A stretch of DNA of 57,807 nt from a virus (Duplodnaviria > Caudoviricetes). Position numbers and translations under genes: made by a program. The DNA is taken from positions 1 to 57,807 of IMG/VR virus record IMGVR_UViG_3300043466_004381, one strand, 5' to 3'. The notes below the pieces were generated by a model. The model was not told the origin of the DNA, made no database searches, and worked only from the letters and a program-made list of their open reading frames with translations. This document shows positions 9,850 to 19,325 of the stretch, piece after piece. Numbering within the stretch: position 1 is the first letter of the stretch; the number at the start of each line of letters is the position of its first letter.

Positions 9850-11199
9850 TCAACTTGAGAATGCGGCTAACGTATTTAGTGTATCGTCATCTCCAAAGTC
9901 ATCTAAATCATCAGCTTGGGTAATTGTTAGTGTGGGGTAATCAATACGCATAGGCTGGGTATGACCGCGTGGACCGTAGCGATTTTTCATCATTCCTAGT
10001 CTTATAATGTTTAGTTCGCGATCTTCTTCGTTTTGGTAGATTGAAACGATGACATCAGCTGTAGCTGCTAGACCGATAGATTCAGAAATGGTATTAAGAT
10101 CGGGATTTGCTTGATCAAAACCAGAGCGATTAAGTTGTGTAGCGCTTATTATAGGGCAATTAAAAATATAACTCATAGCACGGCACTGTTCTGTTACGTT
10201 TTTAATTCGTTCGTAAGAATTACTACCTACTGTCGTATGCAGTAGGTTTAAATAATCTAATACTATAGCGTCTATTTTTATGCCTGTATCGGTAATCTTT
10301 TTAACAAATGATTTGAGCTGATTCGGTGTGATGGTTGCTGGAGGAAATTCTTTAATAAAAATATTACCGCATCCCTTTATCTTTTGTTCAGCGACTGCTT
10401 GTCTCAGCGCGTACGGGTTATTGCTTAGCTCTTTAAGTGGTATTTTTGAGACATTAGCACAGAGTCTTTTTGCATATAATAGCTCAGACATTTCCAAGGA
10501 TACTAATAGAACATTTTTACCCTGTGCTGAAATATTCGTTGCTATGTTACCTAAAAATATAGATTTACCAATGTTTGTTTCACCCGCAAATACATAAAGT
10601 GCACGCCCGTTCTCTAAAAACCCTCCATTCAGAGCTTCGTCAAGCCATGGCCAGGTACTTGGTATTGTTTTCTGTATAGTTGTTAGGTCTTCAATAACGG
10701 TATCAATATTTCCATACAAATCAAGACCAAGGTCTGTTACAAGACTAACATTACAGGATTTTTCAAATTTATCTAATGCCTTGGATGTATCAACATTACC
10801 CTTTGCAATATCTTCTGCGATAGCAAGCATAGTATGATATACAGCTTTTTCTTTTATGAAACGCTCTGTATTTTCATATAGCTCGTCTTTATCAAAAGTT
10901 TTATCTATATCGTTAAAGGATTGGACAAGTGATTTAAAAGCTTGTCTAAGTTCATCAGTCACGAGATACGACTTAATCTCTGTCGTCGTAGGTAGTTTTT
11001 GTCTTTTATTATAAAATTCTGATATAATATTAAAAACATCAGCAATATTTTTTGTCTTAAAATATGCCGGTTTAATAAAATCTATAATAGATGCTAGGTA
11101 TGTCGTGTCTGTAAGAGATTTGTATATAACAATGCTCTCAAAATAATCTAGATCGAGTCTACTCACGCTTTTATTATAGCTGACCTTTCCATTTTTCAA
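9850..11199 (-). CDS. gp41: Replicative DNA helicase (T4 gp41/DnaB-like)
   Basis: Walker A GETNIGKS, SLEMSE, IKEFP, VLDYL, SATQLNR, SESIG, KNRYG. Confidence 0.95.
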   Translation of the reverse strand: MKNGKVSYNKSVSRLDLDYFESIVIYKSLTDTTYLASIIDFIKPAYFKTKNIADVFNIISEFYNKRQKLPTTTEIKSYLVTDELRQAFKSLVQSFNDIDKTFDKDELYENTERFIKEKAVYHTMLAIAEDIAKGNVDTSKALDKFEKSCNVSLVTDLGLDLYGNIDTVIEDLTTIQKTIPSTWPWLDEALNGGFLENGRALYVFAGETNIGKSIFLGNIATNISAQGKNVLLVSLEMSELLYAKRLCANVSKIPLKELSNNPYALRQAVAEQKIKGCGNIFIKEFPPATITPNQLKSFVKKITDTGIKIDAIVLDYLNLLHTTVGSNSYERIKNVTEQCRAMSYIFNCPIISATQLNRSGFDQANPDLNTISESIGLAATADVIVSIYQNEEDRELNIIRLGMMKNRYGPRGHTQPMRIDYPTLTITQADDLDDFGDDDTLNTLAAFSS

Positions 11200-11830
11200 G
11201 AAACCACTTTTGACCTTCGTTAAACTCAGGAGTAAATTCTTTTAGACCGGGAGATGCGTGTGTGATCATAATATCCGAAACACCTAGCTTGAATCCTGCT
11301 TTATGACAAGCAAGACTGTAGTCTAGATCATAGAAATGAAATCCTGCTGGATTTGTTTCATCAAATCTGACTTGTGTAAAGACTTTTTTACTAATGCATA
11401 AAAATACACCGTCTAAGAGAAGAGATCGCTTCGGATAGGGTCCAAAAAACGTCATTGATTTACTTTTTTCGTCGCCATGAGCTACGGCACCGTGTAGATT
11501 ACTTGATCCAAACCCACCGCCCATGATATGCCAAAGAGCAGGCTCTTGAAGCTTACACTCTGTAGTACCAGCTACCCCAATAACATCATAATCGTTCATT
11601 AATGATGATATTTTATAAGTTAAATCAGATTCTATGATAACATCGTCGTGACAGAGTACTAAAAAATCGAAATCTTCCTGTATAGCAAAGTCTATTGCTT
11701 TGTTATAAATGACAGGCAATGGATCTTTGTTGTTTTCTTTAAAAATAAACTCATTATATGTAGAATGATTGTTAGCTAACAATGTTTTCTTTCTACTTCC
11801 TTTAGTTGCTGAAAAATAGAATGTTTTCAT
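11174..11830 (-). CDS. GT-A fold glycosyltransferase (Glyco_tranf_2_5-like)
   Basis: YNKAI, LCHDDV, IGVAG, LLDGVFL, FDE...FHFYDLDYSL. Confidence 0.8.
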   Translation of the reverse strand: MKTFYFSATKGSRKKTLLANNHSTYNEFIFKENNKDPLPVIYNKAIDFAIQEDFDFLVLCHDDVIIESDLTYKISSLMNDYDVIGVAGTTECKLQEPALWHIMGGGFGSSNLHGAVAHGDEKSKSMTFFGPYPKRSLLLDGVFLCISKKVFTQVRFDETNPAGFHFYDLDYSLACHKAGFKLGVSDIMITHASPGLKEFTPEFNEGQKWFLEKWKGQL

Positions 11831-12492
11831 AAGAATAAAAATGGTGATTTAACTTCAAAATGATTAACCACCTCCCATGTTGTATAATCTCTAAGCATTA
11901 ATATAACACCTTCTGGTACTACCTTAAATCCTTCACCTCCAAGTGTAGAAAAATCGCCATTATCATTGTAATGAAGTATAGATCCTTGTCTTGCAAGGTA
12001 AATATCGTTGCAATCTGTATCAATAATGCATAAAGCAAAGGTACCTTCAAGAATATTAAGAGCTTTCTTAATAATTTCATGTCCAGGGCACTCTTCTGTG
12101 CACTCTTCAGTGAAATATTGCAGTAGATTAGGAATTACTGCAGTATCTACAGGATTAACATCCCAATTTACGTGTTTTGAGCGTATTTCCTCGTGATTTG
12201 TAAGTACGCCGTTGTGTAATACCGACCAAGATAGTGATTCGAACGGGTGAGATGTGTCATATGACCATATTCTCTTAGCAGATGTAGGTGCTTGTACGTG
12301 TCCGACGTAATAATCACACGATTCATCTAGCTGAATCTGGTCAAAATCGATTGTACCTTGCTTTTTAATAGTTTGTTGATTGTTATGATCATACAAGCTA
12401 ACAATTCCAGTAGCAAAAGTACCACGTGGTAGGTTAGCAGTATACATAACTTCAAGTTTTGAAGTGTTTTTAGAGCCAATAATTGCACACAT
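11827..12492 (-). CDS. Class II (Ntn) glutamine amidotransferase, stand-alone
   Basis: N-terminal nucleophile MCAIIG, RG, GHVQAPT, SHPF, HNGVL, DTAVI, LEGTFA. Confidence 0.85.
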   Translation of the reverse strand: MCAIIGSKNTSKLEVMYTANLPRGTFATGIVSLYDHNNQQTIKKQGTIDFDQIQLDESCDYYVGHVQAPTSAKRIWSYDTSHPFESLSWSVLHNGVLTNHEEIRSKHVNWDVNPVDTAVIPNLLQYFTEECTEECPGHEIIKKALNILEGTFALCIIDTDCNDIYLARQGSILHYNDNGDFSTLGGEGFKVVPEGVILMLRDYTTWEVVNHFEVKSPFLFL

Positions 12493-12501
12493 TATATTAT
12501 T

Positions 12502-12819
12502 TTACAGATATTCTCGCTTATCTTTTGAAATTCTCCAGAAAAAATCAATTTTTCCCGTCAAAATATTCTTTGCAAGTGCGTATGAGGGGTATTCTAACCC
12601 ATCTTCCATCAAATACCACGATTTTCGTTCTTTTTTCGTCTTTTCTATACCTAAATTCTTAAGAGTTCTCGATCCTAACCCCTTTATTTTAAAGAGGTCG
12701 TTGTTAGATCTGAATGGTCTATTAGCGATTATACGATCTGCTGCTTTTTTACCTATTCCAGGGAGCTCGCATAGCTTATTGTATGCTATTTCGTTAAAAT
12801 CTTTCCAATTTAAGTGCAT
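12502..12819 (-). CDS. Helix-hairpin-helix DNA-binding protein (ComEA-like)
   Basis: LCELPGIGKKAADRIIANRPFRSNNDLFKIKGLG tandem HhH. Confidence 0.85.
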   Translation of the reverse strand: MHLNWKDFNEIAYNKLCELPGIGKKAADRIIANRPFRSNNDLFKIKGLGSRTLKNLGIEKTKKERKSWYLMEDGLEYPSYALAKNILTGKIDFFWRISKDKREYL

Positions 12820-12837
12820 ATTGTATAAATATGTTAT

Positions 12838-14250
12838 ATGAGTTCTTTTAGTAATCTACTCTCACGTGCATATTTATTAGCTGAAGCAAGAATATCGCCT
12901 TACGCTGCAGCACATCCATCATTTGGCAATGTGACTACACCTATGTCTGATAGAGGTTTGAGCTCTGCCCCGCTTCATACAATGCAGTTTATTAGGGAAA
13001 TTTTGTATAATTTAGATATTATAACACATGATGAGTTACTTTTGCTAAAAAAACCAGCTACTTTTTCTGGAAAAAAACAAGCCTTATTACAAATGCTTAG
13101 AGATAAAGAAAGAGAAATAAACGCTAAAACAAAAGAAATAGAAGAAAGAGTTTCGGATACATTAGATAACTTTATTAACGAAATGATGTTGCGTAACGAA
13201 GAAAAGTACGTTGCGCAGGCTGCAGCAAAAGAAGTAGCAAAGCAAATGAGACAAGCTAGGTCTGGTAAACAAATGGACGATGCTTTGACGGATATAGTTA
13301 CCGATGATTCAATATTAGTTCGCTCTGCCGTTGCACAAATTCTTAATAATATCGAAATGAATTTAGGTGAGCCAGGGTTCGATATAGAAGAAGATGCACT
13401 AAGAGAGGTGGTAGATTATTCAGATCAAATTAATAGCTTACCGACTTTAAAAGCTTACATTAGAAAAATAGCTGTTGAACCCGGAAAAGAAAAAATAGCG
13501 TCATATTTATATTCTGCCGTTAAGCCTATTTCGCAATATATAAGTGCAGGCAATGACCAAGTAAGTGTTGAAGATGAAGAAATGCAAGGATATGCGGGTG
13601 ATGAAGCAGAAGAAGGTGAAGGTAGTGGTAGTTTTGAAGGGTTAGCACAAGATTATAGCGATACATCATTAGTTCCTGAAGTTAAGCAGGTACAATTAAA
13701 AGTACTTGACATGCTTACTGGCTCAGGAGCTTCTGGAACAGAAAAATATGTAACAGAGAGTTTGAGAGGTGCGGTAGCTGGAGTAGGACTTGCAGCAGCA
13801 GCAGTAGGTGGATCAAAAGTAGCACCATATGTAGGTGATGCGGGTAGAGAAGTTGTACGGGTAGCAAAGGATATTAATTCAAAAGGCGGTAACGAAGAGT
13901 TTTTAAATCAAATTACTAACCCTAACGATCGTAAAATGGTCAAAGATGAATTAAAAGCTTTAAAATATGCTGGTCGGGATGCAGAGCTTTCCGGTAAATC
14001 TAGTGCTGTTATGGATAAGAGACTTAAATTTGGCGAAATAGAAAGACAAATGCGCACAAAATATAAAATCTCACCGGAAATTAAACTAACAACAGAAAGT
14101 ACTACTCCGAATACAGCTTTATATCTTACGGAACAAATTAAAAAAGATTCTTTCTATAAGCCTAGTAAAGAAACCCCCGTTACGTTTAAGAACAAATATA
14201 AACCAAAAACGCATTGGCAGCTTGAAGAGCTACGAAGCTACGGGTTATAA
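12838..14250 (+). CDS. Late protein, candidate internal head protein
   Basis: TATAAATA 12824-12831 lies 6 nt before the ATG. N-terminus MSSFSNLLSRAYLLAE; further L/V-T-E sites. Opposite strand to its neighbours. Confidence 0.6.
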   Translation: MSSFSNLLSRAYLLAEARISPYAAAHPSFGNVTTPMSDRGLSSAPLHTMQFIREILYNLDIITHDELLLLKKPATFSGKKQALLQMLRDKEREINAKTKEIEERVSDTLDNFINEMMLRNEEKYVAQAAAKEVAKQMRQARSGKQMDDALTDIVTDDSILVRSAVAQILNNIEMNLGEPGFDIEEDALREVVDYSDQINSLPTLKAYIRKIAVEPGKEKIASYLYSAVKPISQYISAGNDQVSVEDEEMQGYAGDEAEEGEGSGSFEGLAQDYSDTSLVPEVKQVQLKVLDMLTGSGASGTEKYVTESLRGAVAGVGLAAAAVGGSKVAPYVGDAGREVVRVAKDINSKGGNEEFLNQITNPNDRKMVKDELKALKYAGRDAELSGKSSAVMDKRLKFGEIERQMRTKYKISPEIKLTTESTTPNTALYLTEQIKKDSFYKPSKETPVTFKNKYKPKTHWQLEELRSYGL

Positions 14251-14991
14251 TTCGATACAATTGTTTTCTTCATATATCCCATCAAGCTTATCCTGTTGCA
14301 GGTACTTGATGGGATCTTTATATCCTGCGCTAATAAAGCCTTGAACGCGTAAACTACTAGAAGGTGTGGTTGCATCAGCAAGGCTATCTTCGCGATTACT
14401 ATAACATGTCCATGTGTTCTCGAACTGAACACCAAGTCTCACACCTTCTCGTATAATATCTGCTTTCGACAGGGAGAGCAATGGAGCTTCAATTAGGATT
14501 CTATGTTGTCTGTTGAGAGCTGTTAATTGATTGATACTATCAACAAACTCTTGAGATCCATCCCAGTAGCCGGCTAGTGAGTCTACTTGCGCTGCACCGT
14601 ACCAAACCGTCTCAGCACCGAGACTCTCTGCGTAAGCACAGCAAATCGTAATAAACATTTGATTACGAAACGGAACATATGAAACGGGTTGTGCATCACC
14701 AGCGATTTTATTTATATCAGGATTATCAATATCAAGATTAGTTAACGAAGATGTAGGAGAGATATCCTTTAGATAGCTTACATCTAATACCTTATTTGTA
14801 AATTTAACATTGGGATATTTCTCTTCGAGGTCCCATTTCTGAAGCGGTACACACTGCATTTCACGGCGATGTCTTTGACCATAATCAAAGGTAATAGTAT
14901 GAATTTCTTCATAACCTCTCTCTGCTGCCATAAAAAGAAGTACAGAGCTATCCATACCTCCTGAAAATGCTAATACTAATTTATTTTTCAT
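14245..14991 (-). CDS. queC: 7-cyano-7-deazaguanine synthase QueC-like, Zn-motif-degenerate
   Basis: PP-loop SGGMDS, FDYGQRH, YVPFRN, GYWD, APL...K, TWTCY. The downstream CGxCxxC is replaced by DATTPSS. Confidence 0.9.
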   Translation of the reverse strand: MKNKLVLAFSGGMDSSVLLFMAAERGYEEIHTITFDYGQRHRREMQCVPLQKWDLEEKYPNVKFTNKVLDVSYLKDISPTSSLTNLDIDNPDINKIAGDAQPVSYVPFRNQMFITICCAYAESLGAETVWYGAAQVDSLAGYWDGSQEFVDSINQLTALNRQHRILIEAPLLSLSKADIIREGVRLGVQFENTWTCYSNREDSLADATTPSSSLRVQGFISAGYKDPIKYLQQDKLDGIYEENNCIEL

Positions 14992-15157
14992 CTCTAAATA
15001 TAAAAAAATCTGTCTCTTTTATTTTTCTTTCGTTTAATTTAACAGCTCCTTGTTTTAAATCTTGTCTAATTTTAGATTTAGAGTAATCAATGTTCCACAC
15101 TTTTTTCCAGACCCACTGTATATAATCTACAGCTTTATAACCTTTATACTGCATCAT
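14981..15157 (-). CDS. S4-like RNA-binding microprotein (58 aa; not in ORF track)
   Basis: Translated by hand: MMQYKGYKAVDYIQWVWKKVWNIDYSKSKIRQDLKQGAVKLNERKIKETDFFIFRDEK. It overlaps the uvsX stop and the queC start. Confidence 0.7.
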   Translation of the reverse strand: MMQYKGYKAVDYIQWVWKKVWNIDYSKSKIRQDLKQGAVKLNERKIKETDFFIFRDEK

Positions 15158-16238
15158 CTATCTCTTCTGGAGTTTCTTCTTCAAGATTACTATATGACCA
15201 TTCCTTTTTAATTCTCTCTTCAAGTTTTGGTAGAATGGTTTCTTCCCAGAGCTTACTATCCTTCCGCCACGATTTATAATAACCTAGCTTAGTACCATCT
15301 TCTAGAGCATACGTTGAGCCGTTCTGAATAACTACTCCAAGACCGACAGCAAGATCAAGCATGCCGTAATACCTATCCAATCCGTTAGCAAAGGATAAGT
15401 ACATCTCACCTTCGAGATACTGTTTAATAAATCTGTTTTTACGCGTAAGAGCTCTAATAATAATACCTGCATAAGATTTTTGACCAACGGCGAGTTCACC
15501 GTCTGTTGTTTTACCGTCATCAGACTTCATAGGCTTGCGCGCAAGCTGGACGGTTACTGATGGAAGATAGACACATGCTTTACCACCTGGCATATGCTTC
15601 TCAATTGATGGAAACATCGCAGCTGGATCATCATAGACGTGGTTAGTACAGAGAATAGTAGTTTGTGTTACTGCGCCTAGATTGGTACAGGTCTGCATTA
15701 GTGATTTCATCGCACGAGCTTTTGTACCCATGTCAGCTGAAGTGCTATCTTTACCCATTCGAGCTAACTCTAGTTCTGATTGAAGGTTACCGAGTGAATC
15801 AATTGCAACAATAAACTTACCTTCGAGTTTCTTTTCTTTTACTGATGTAAGAAACTTAAACAAAGCATTACGTGTTTGTTCGATACTGATACACGGTACA
15901 TACTTTACCTTACTAATATCAAGACCTAGACGTTGGGCTCCTTCAGGATCAATAGCATTTTCAGTATCAAAAATTACAGGTATAAGACCTTCTTGTTGTG
16001 CTTTGGCAAGAATCTTTTGTACAAACAAAGACTTACCCGTCATAGATTCACCAGCAAGCATAGTAACTCGACCTTTAGGAATACCACCGTGAATAGAACC
16101 AGAAATGATAGCATTGAGAACATAACTACCTGTATCTACCCATCCTCTAACGCGGCTAAGCGTACTATCACTCAAATAAGTAGCGAATGGATTTACATCG
16201 TCAATTTCATTTAGAGCGCTTAAAATATCTTTATCCAT
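15144..16238 (-). CDS. uvsX: RecA-like recombinase UvsX
   Basis: DTGSYVLNAIISG, Walker A GESMTGKS, FDTE, IDSLGNL, DMG, TNHVY, PGG. Confidence 0.95.
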   Translation of the reverse strand: MDKDILSALNEIDDVNPFATYLSDSTLSRVRGWVDTGSYVLNAIISGSIHGGIPKGRVTMLAGESMTGKSLFVQKILAKAQQEGLIPVIFDTENAIDPEGAQRLGLDISKVKYVPCISIEQTRNALFKFLTSVKEKKLEGKFIVAIDSLGNLQSELELARMGKDSTSADMGTKARAMKSLMQTCTNLGAVTQTTILCTNHVYDDPAAMFPSIEKHMPGGKACVYLPSVTVQLARKPMKSDDGKTTDGELAVGQKSYAGIIIRALTRKNRFIKQYLEGEMYLSFANGLDRYYGMLDLAVGLGVVIQNGSTYALEDGTKLGYYKSWRKDSKLWEETILPKLEERIKKEWSYSNLEEETPEEIDDAV

Positions 16239-16244
16239 AAAAAT

Positions 16245-16271
16245 ATTATATATTATTATTCAGGTAATCAA
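16245..16271 (-). promoter_or_regulatory. Sigma70-like promoter of the uvsX-S4-queC operon
   Basis: TTGATT-N15-TATAAT-N6-ATG. Confidence 0.55.
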
Positions 16272-16286
16272 GGGATTATATTATAT

Positions 16287-16324
16287 ACAAAACCCCTTGT
16301 TAGCTAGCTAACAAGGGGTTTTGT
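16287..16324. terminator. Perfect 38-bp palindrome, probable bidirectional terminator
   Basis: acaaaaccccttgttagct|agctaacaaggggttttgt. Confidence 0.8.
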
Positions 16325-16339
16325 TGACACATACGCAAA

Positions 16340-16675
16340 TTAATCTTCAAAAAGCTTAATTACTTCAGGCTCTCCTTCAGGCTGTACAGGTGGTGGTGTA
16401 TTAATGTTATTGTATTGCGCTACAATACGCTCGTCGAGCTGTACAGAAGAGGTAGCAATCGACGCTTTGTTAAACGTCCAATAATTTTTCTCGCGACTTT
16501 CCGTACTAATAAATTCCATAAACAAATATGGAAACGACTGAACTTGAAGCTGTCCGTTTTGTGGATTGGGCTGTACATGAATAATAACAGGATTATCTAC
16601 TACAATAGTAGAATCCGTCTCTTCAACTAACTTTCCAATAACCGTTCTGCCAATTTGATCTACAAAGGTAATCAT
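16340..16675 (-). CDS. Small beta-barrel (Sm-like) hypothetical protein
   Basis: GRTVIGKLVEETDSTIVVDNP pattern resembles Sm-fold proteins common in T4-like phages. Confidence 0.5.
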   Translation of the reverse strand: MITFVDQIGRTVIGKLVEETDSTIVVDNPVIIHVQPNPQNGQLQVQSFPYLFMEFISTESREKNYWTFNKASIATSSVQLDERIVAQYNNINTPPPVQPEGEPEVIKLFED

Positions 16676-16714
16676 ATATTAAAATTTATAATGTAAATTC
16701 ATATTTGCAAGCTT

Positions 16715-19282
16715 TTAAGCTGAAAATAAATCAAATAATTCGCATTGTACATTTTCGGAGGGTTTTCTTATTTGCCAATTAACAGTTTGATAGAATCTCT
16801 CGATTGAATTAAAAAGAATTTTTTCAAACATCTTTTCATAATTAATTTTAAAGATAGTTTTATATTCGTCAGGTAGGTTGTATTTGAACCCTATTACATC
16901 TATACCGTATTTGTTGGGTTGTTGTACATAAAAGTAGCGTATTTTGTCTCCTGAAGTAATATCTTCGTATTTGTTTTGAATATTATATTTTGAATTAATA
17001 TGGTTATGTAAATATGCTGCTTTAACATGAATAGGTGTACCTTTACCTATATTAAAATCTTTACATGTTTTAGCGTATTTTTCATATCCCTTTATACCCA
17101 TAACGAAAGCTATATCTTCTGCTGCTAATGTTTTAAACGTATCATACGTTTTGTACAAAATATCATTTGTTTGTTGTAATGATCTAGTCATTAACATTGT
17201 CTCAATAATTTTTTTAGCATAAGGCTTAATAGCATTAGGCATTGTTGTTCTTACAACCTCAACCCCTGTATATTTAAATTTATTAACTTTTATTCCTTCA
17301 TCGTCAAGAATATGCATTACGTATCTCTTCTTCTGAAGAAAGACACCAACATCACTTATACATTCACGTTTAAAGACAAATCGACAGTCTTCTGTCTTAA
17401 GTGATTTTATTGCCCATGAGGCAATGTGTGTGTTGAGATAGTCTTCAAGTTTTTGAACCGTCTCATAAAATTTAGGGTTTAATTCTTCACCCACTTTAAT
17501 AGGTACCTGGTTTTCGATACAACCTAAAGAAAAGTAACAAGAATCTGTATCAGAGTAAATCCAACTTTCATCTAGAGCATGTTCATCTGTAATGTTATGG
17601 TTTTCGCGCAAATACTGTTGTAAGAGTTTACCAGCTTGCTTAATGACAGCTTGACCTGTTAAAGTTACAGAAGAAGCAATATCATCATCTCCAATAGGAG
17701 CTTGTTTGTTACCCATGTAGCCATAGCACGAATTAACGAGAATCTTTATAACCATTTGTTTTGTGTTAAGTCGCTCTACCTCAAACAGTAACTCTTTATA
17801 TTCTTTGTCTTTCTTGTCTAGAGTAGATAGTTTTTTCTTTGCTTCAAATAATTGTTTTTTTATCTCAACTCGTTCCTGATAATAATAATCAAGAAACTCG
17901 GGTATAATACCTTTCTTTTTCTGTGTGAAAAGAAACCCTGCTTTGGTAAGTGAACATTTTTCTGCTTTCATATAAGCAGAAAATTTTTCAGGCTCTAGCT
18001 CTAAGCTCTTACCCGATACATGATATACGGTAATCTTACCGTTATGATTTTTTTCAACTCTACCTATCTTTGTCTCTGGTGATAGGTTTAACGATATCAT
18101 CACGTTAGGGTATAGGGAATTAGCATCAAAAGATACAATATTTGTTTTGAAGCCGTTTTTTGGTTCTGCAACATACGCGCCAGGGTTTTTGCCTATTCCC
18201 TCTTTACGTACAAAGGTAGATAAAACTTCACCGCGTTTTCTTGCTCTAATTGTAAGTGCGCCGTTAATGACAGATATTGTACCCATTGCCCCTTCAAGTG
18301 TCGTCAATCCAACATAGGATAACATTCGTAGCAGTGAAATATACTGCAGTTTTTCCTCCAATTTAACAAGAAGGTTAACGTCCTGTATGTTATAGTCAAT
18401 AAATTTATTCCAATCAGTATCTGCTAATGTTGCAAGATTTATATCACCATAATCTATTTTATTTTCACCTAGCTCTATCTCAGCAATAGCGTCTAATTTA
18501 TAGGATTCGCGTAATTTAAGACAAAATCTACGGTAAATATCTAAATAGTCAATTGACGACATACCGTCAATATAATACCGCTTTTGATCTCTACCGAACT
18601 TACCTTTAATTGTTCTAAAGTATACGTTACGCAGTGGTGATAATAATTTTACATACTCTTCACCGAGTATTCGTTCACATCGAGCAATAATATATGGTAT
18701 ATCAAAAAACTCTGAGTTCCATCCGCTTAATACATCGGGATAATCTTCTTCGAGGTAGGCAAAAAATTGTTTAAAAAGTTCGCGTTCATCTTTACAATGC
18801 TTGTAAATTATATTATTCGCTTCACCCGTATAGGGTTTGAGACCAAAAGTGTGGAACTTTTTACTACAGGTATCATAACACGTTATAACATTTACAGTAT
18901 GAGTAGGGTCTTCGATATCAGGAAAAGTATCAACGGAGTACGTCTCAATATCTATAAAAGTTACTTTAAGTGGAAACTGCGAAAATTCTACAGTCTCGTT
19001 TTTTGTCCAGAAAGTATCTATCAAGTATTGTTGTGACGCGGGTAGATTTTCATAGATGCGTTTTATACCTGAATCACTTATAAATTTATTACGGTCAAAA
19101 GCTGTGTTAAAGATACGCTTCTTGGCTTTTGTACCGTAGATTGTTGTTTTATCTCCGCTCTGATCTTCAATGTAAAGATATGGATTAAAAGAAACATTAT
19201 GCATTACCCGTCGACCGTCTGTATCCCACGTAAAAAGATTTACAGACTGATCACGTCCACTGTATACAGCGTTTCTATACAT
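16715..19282 (-). CDS. gp43: Family B DNA polymerase (T4 gp43-like)
   Basis: Exo I DIET, Exo II GWNSEFFDIPY, YNIQD, SFDANSLYP, KILVNSCYG, YSDTDS, KKRY. Confidence 0.97.
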   Translation of the reverse strand: MYRNAVYSGRDQSVNLFTWDTDGRRVMHNVSFNPYLYIEDQSGDKTTIYGTKAKKRIFNTAFDRNKFISDSGIKRIYENLPASQQYLIDTFWTKNETVEFSQFPLKVTFIDIETYSVDTFPDIEDPTHTVNVITCYDTCSKKFHTFGLKPYTGEANNIIYKHCKDERELFKQFFAYLEEDYPDVLSGWNSEFFDIPYIIARCERILGEEYVKLLSPLRNVYFRTIKGKFGRDQKRYYIDGMSSIDYLDIYRRFCLKLRESYKLDAIAEIELGENKIDYGDINLATLADTDWNKFIDYNIQDVNLLVKLEEKLQYISLLRMLSYVGLTTLEGAMGTISVINGALTIRARKRGEVLSTFVRKEGIGKNPGAYVAEPKNGFKTNIVSFDANSLYPNVMISLNLSPETKIGRVEKNHNGKITVYHVSGKSLELEPEKFSAYMKAEKCSLTKAGFLFTQKKKGIIPEFLDYYYQERVEIKKQLFEAKKKLSTLDKKDKEYKELLFEVERLNTKQMVIKILVNSCYGYMGNKQAPIGDDDIASSVTLTGQAVIKQAGKLLQQYLRENHNITDEHALDESWIYSDTDSCYFSLGCIENQVPIKVGEELNPKFYETVQKLEDYLNTHIASWAIKSLKTEDCRFVFKRECISDVGVFLQKKRYVMHILDDEGIKVNKFKYTGVEVVRTTMPNAIKPYAKKIIETMLMTRSLQQTNDILYKTYDTFKTLAAEDIAFVMGIKGYEKYAKTCKDFNIGKGTPIHVKAAYLHNHINSKYNIQNKYEDITSGDKIRYFYVQQPNKYGIDVIGFKYNLPDEYKTIFKINYEKMFEKILFNSIERFYQTVNWQIRKPSENVQCELFDLFSA

Positions 19283-19318
19283 ATATCGTTATTATATAAC
19301 GATATATTATTTTTTCAA
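19281..19318 (-). promoter_or_regulatory. gp43 promoter with overlapping inverted repeat (candidate operator)
   Basis: TTGAAA-N16-TATAAT-N8-ATG; 11-bp arms atatatcgtta/taacgatatat span 19281-19307. Confidence 0.65.
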
Positions 19319-19325
19319 CGTAAAC

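Noticed and set aside
14245-14991. QueC as part of a QatABCD or type IV CBASS defence system
   Set aside because: No KAP ATPase, TatD, CD-NTase or TGT neighbours; the context is a lytic phage replication block.
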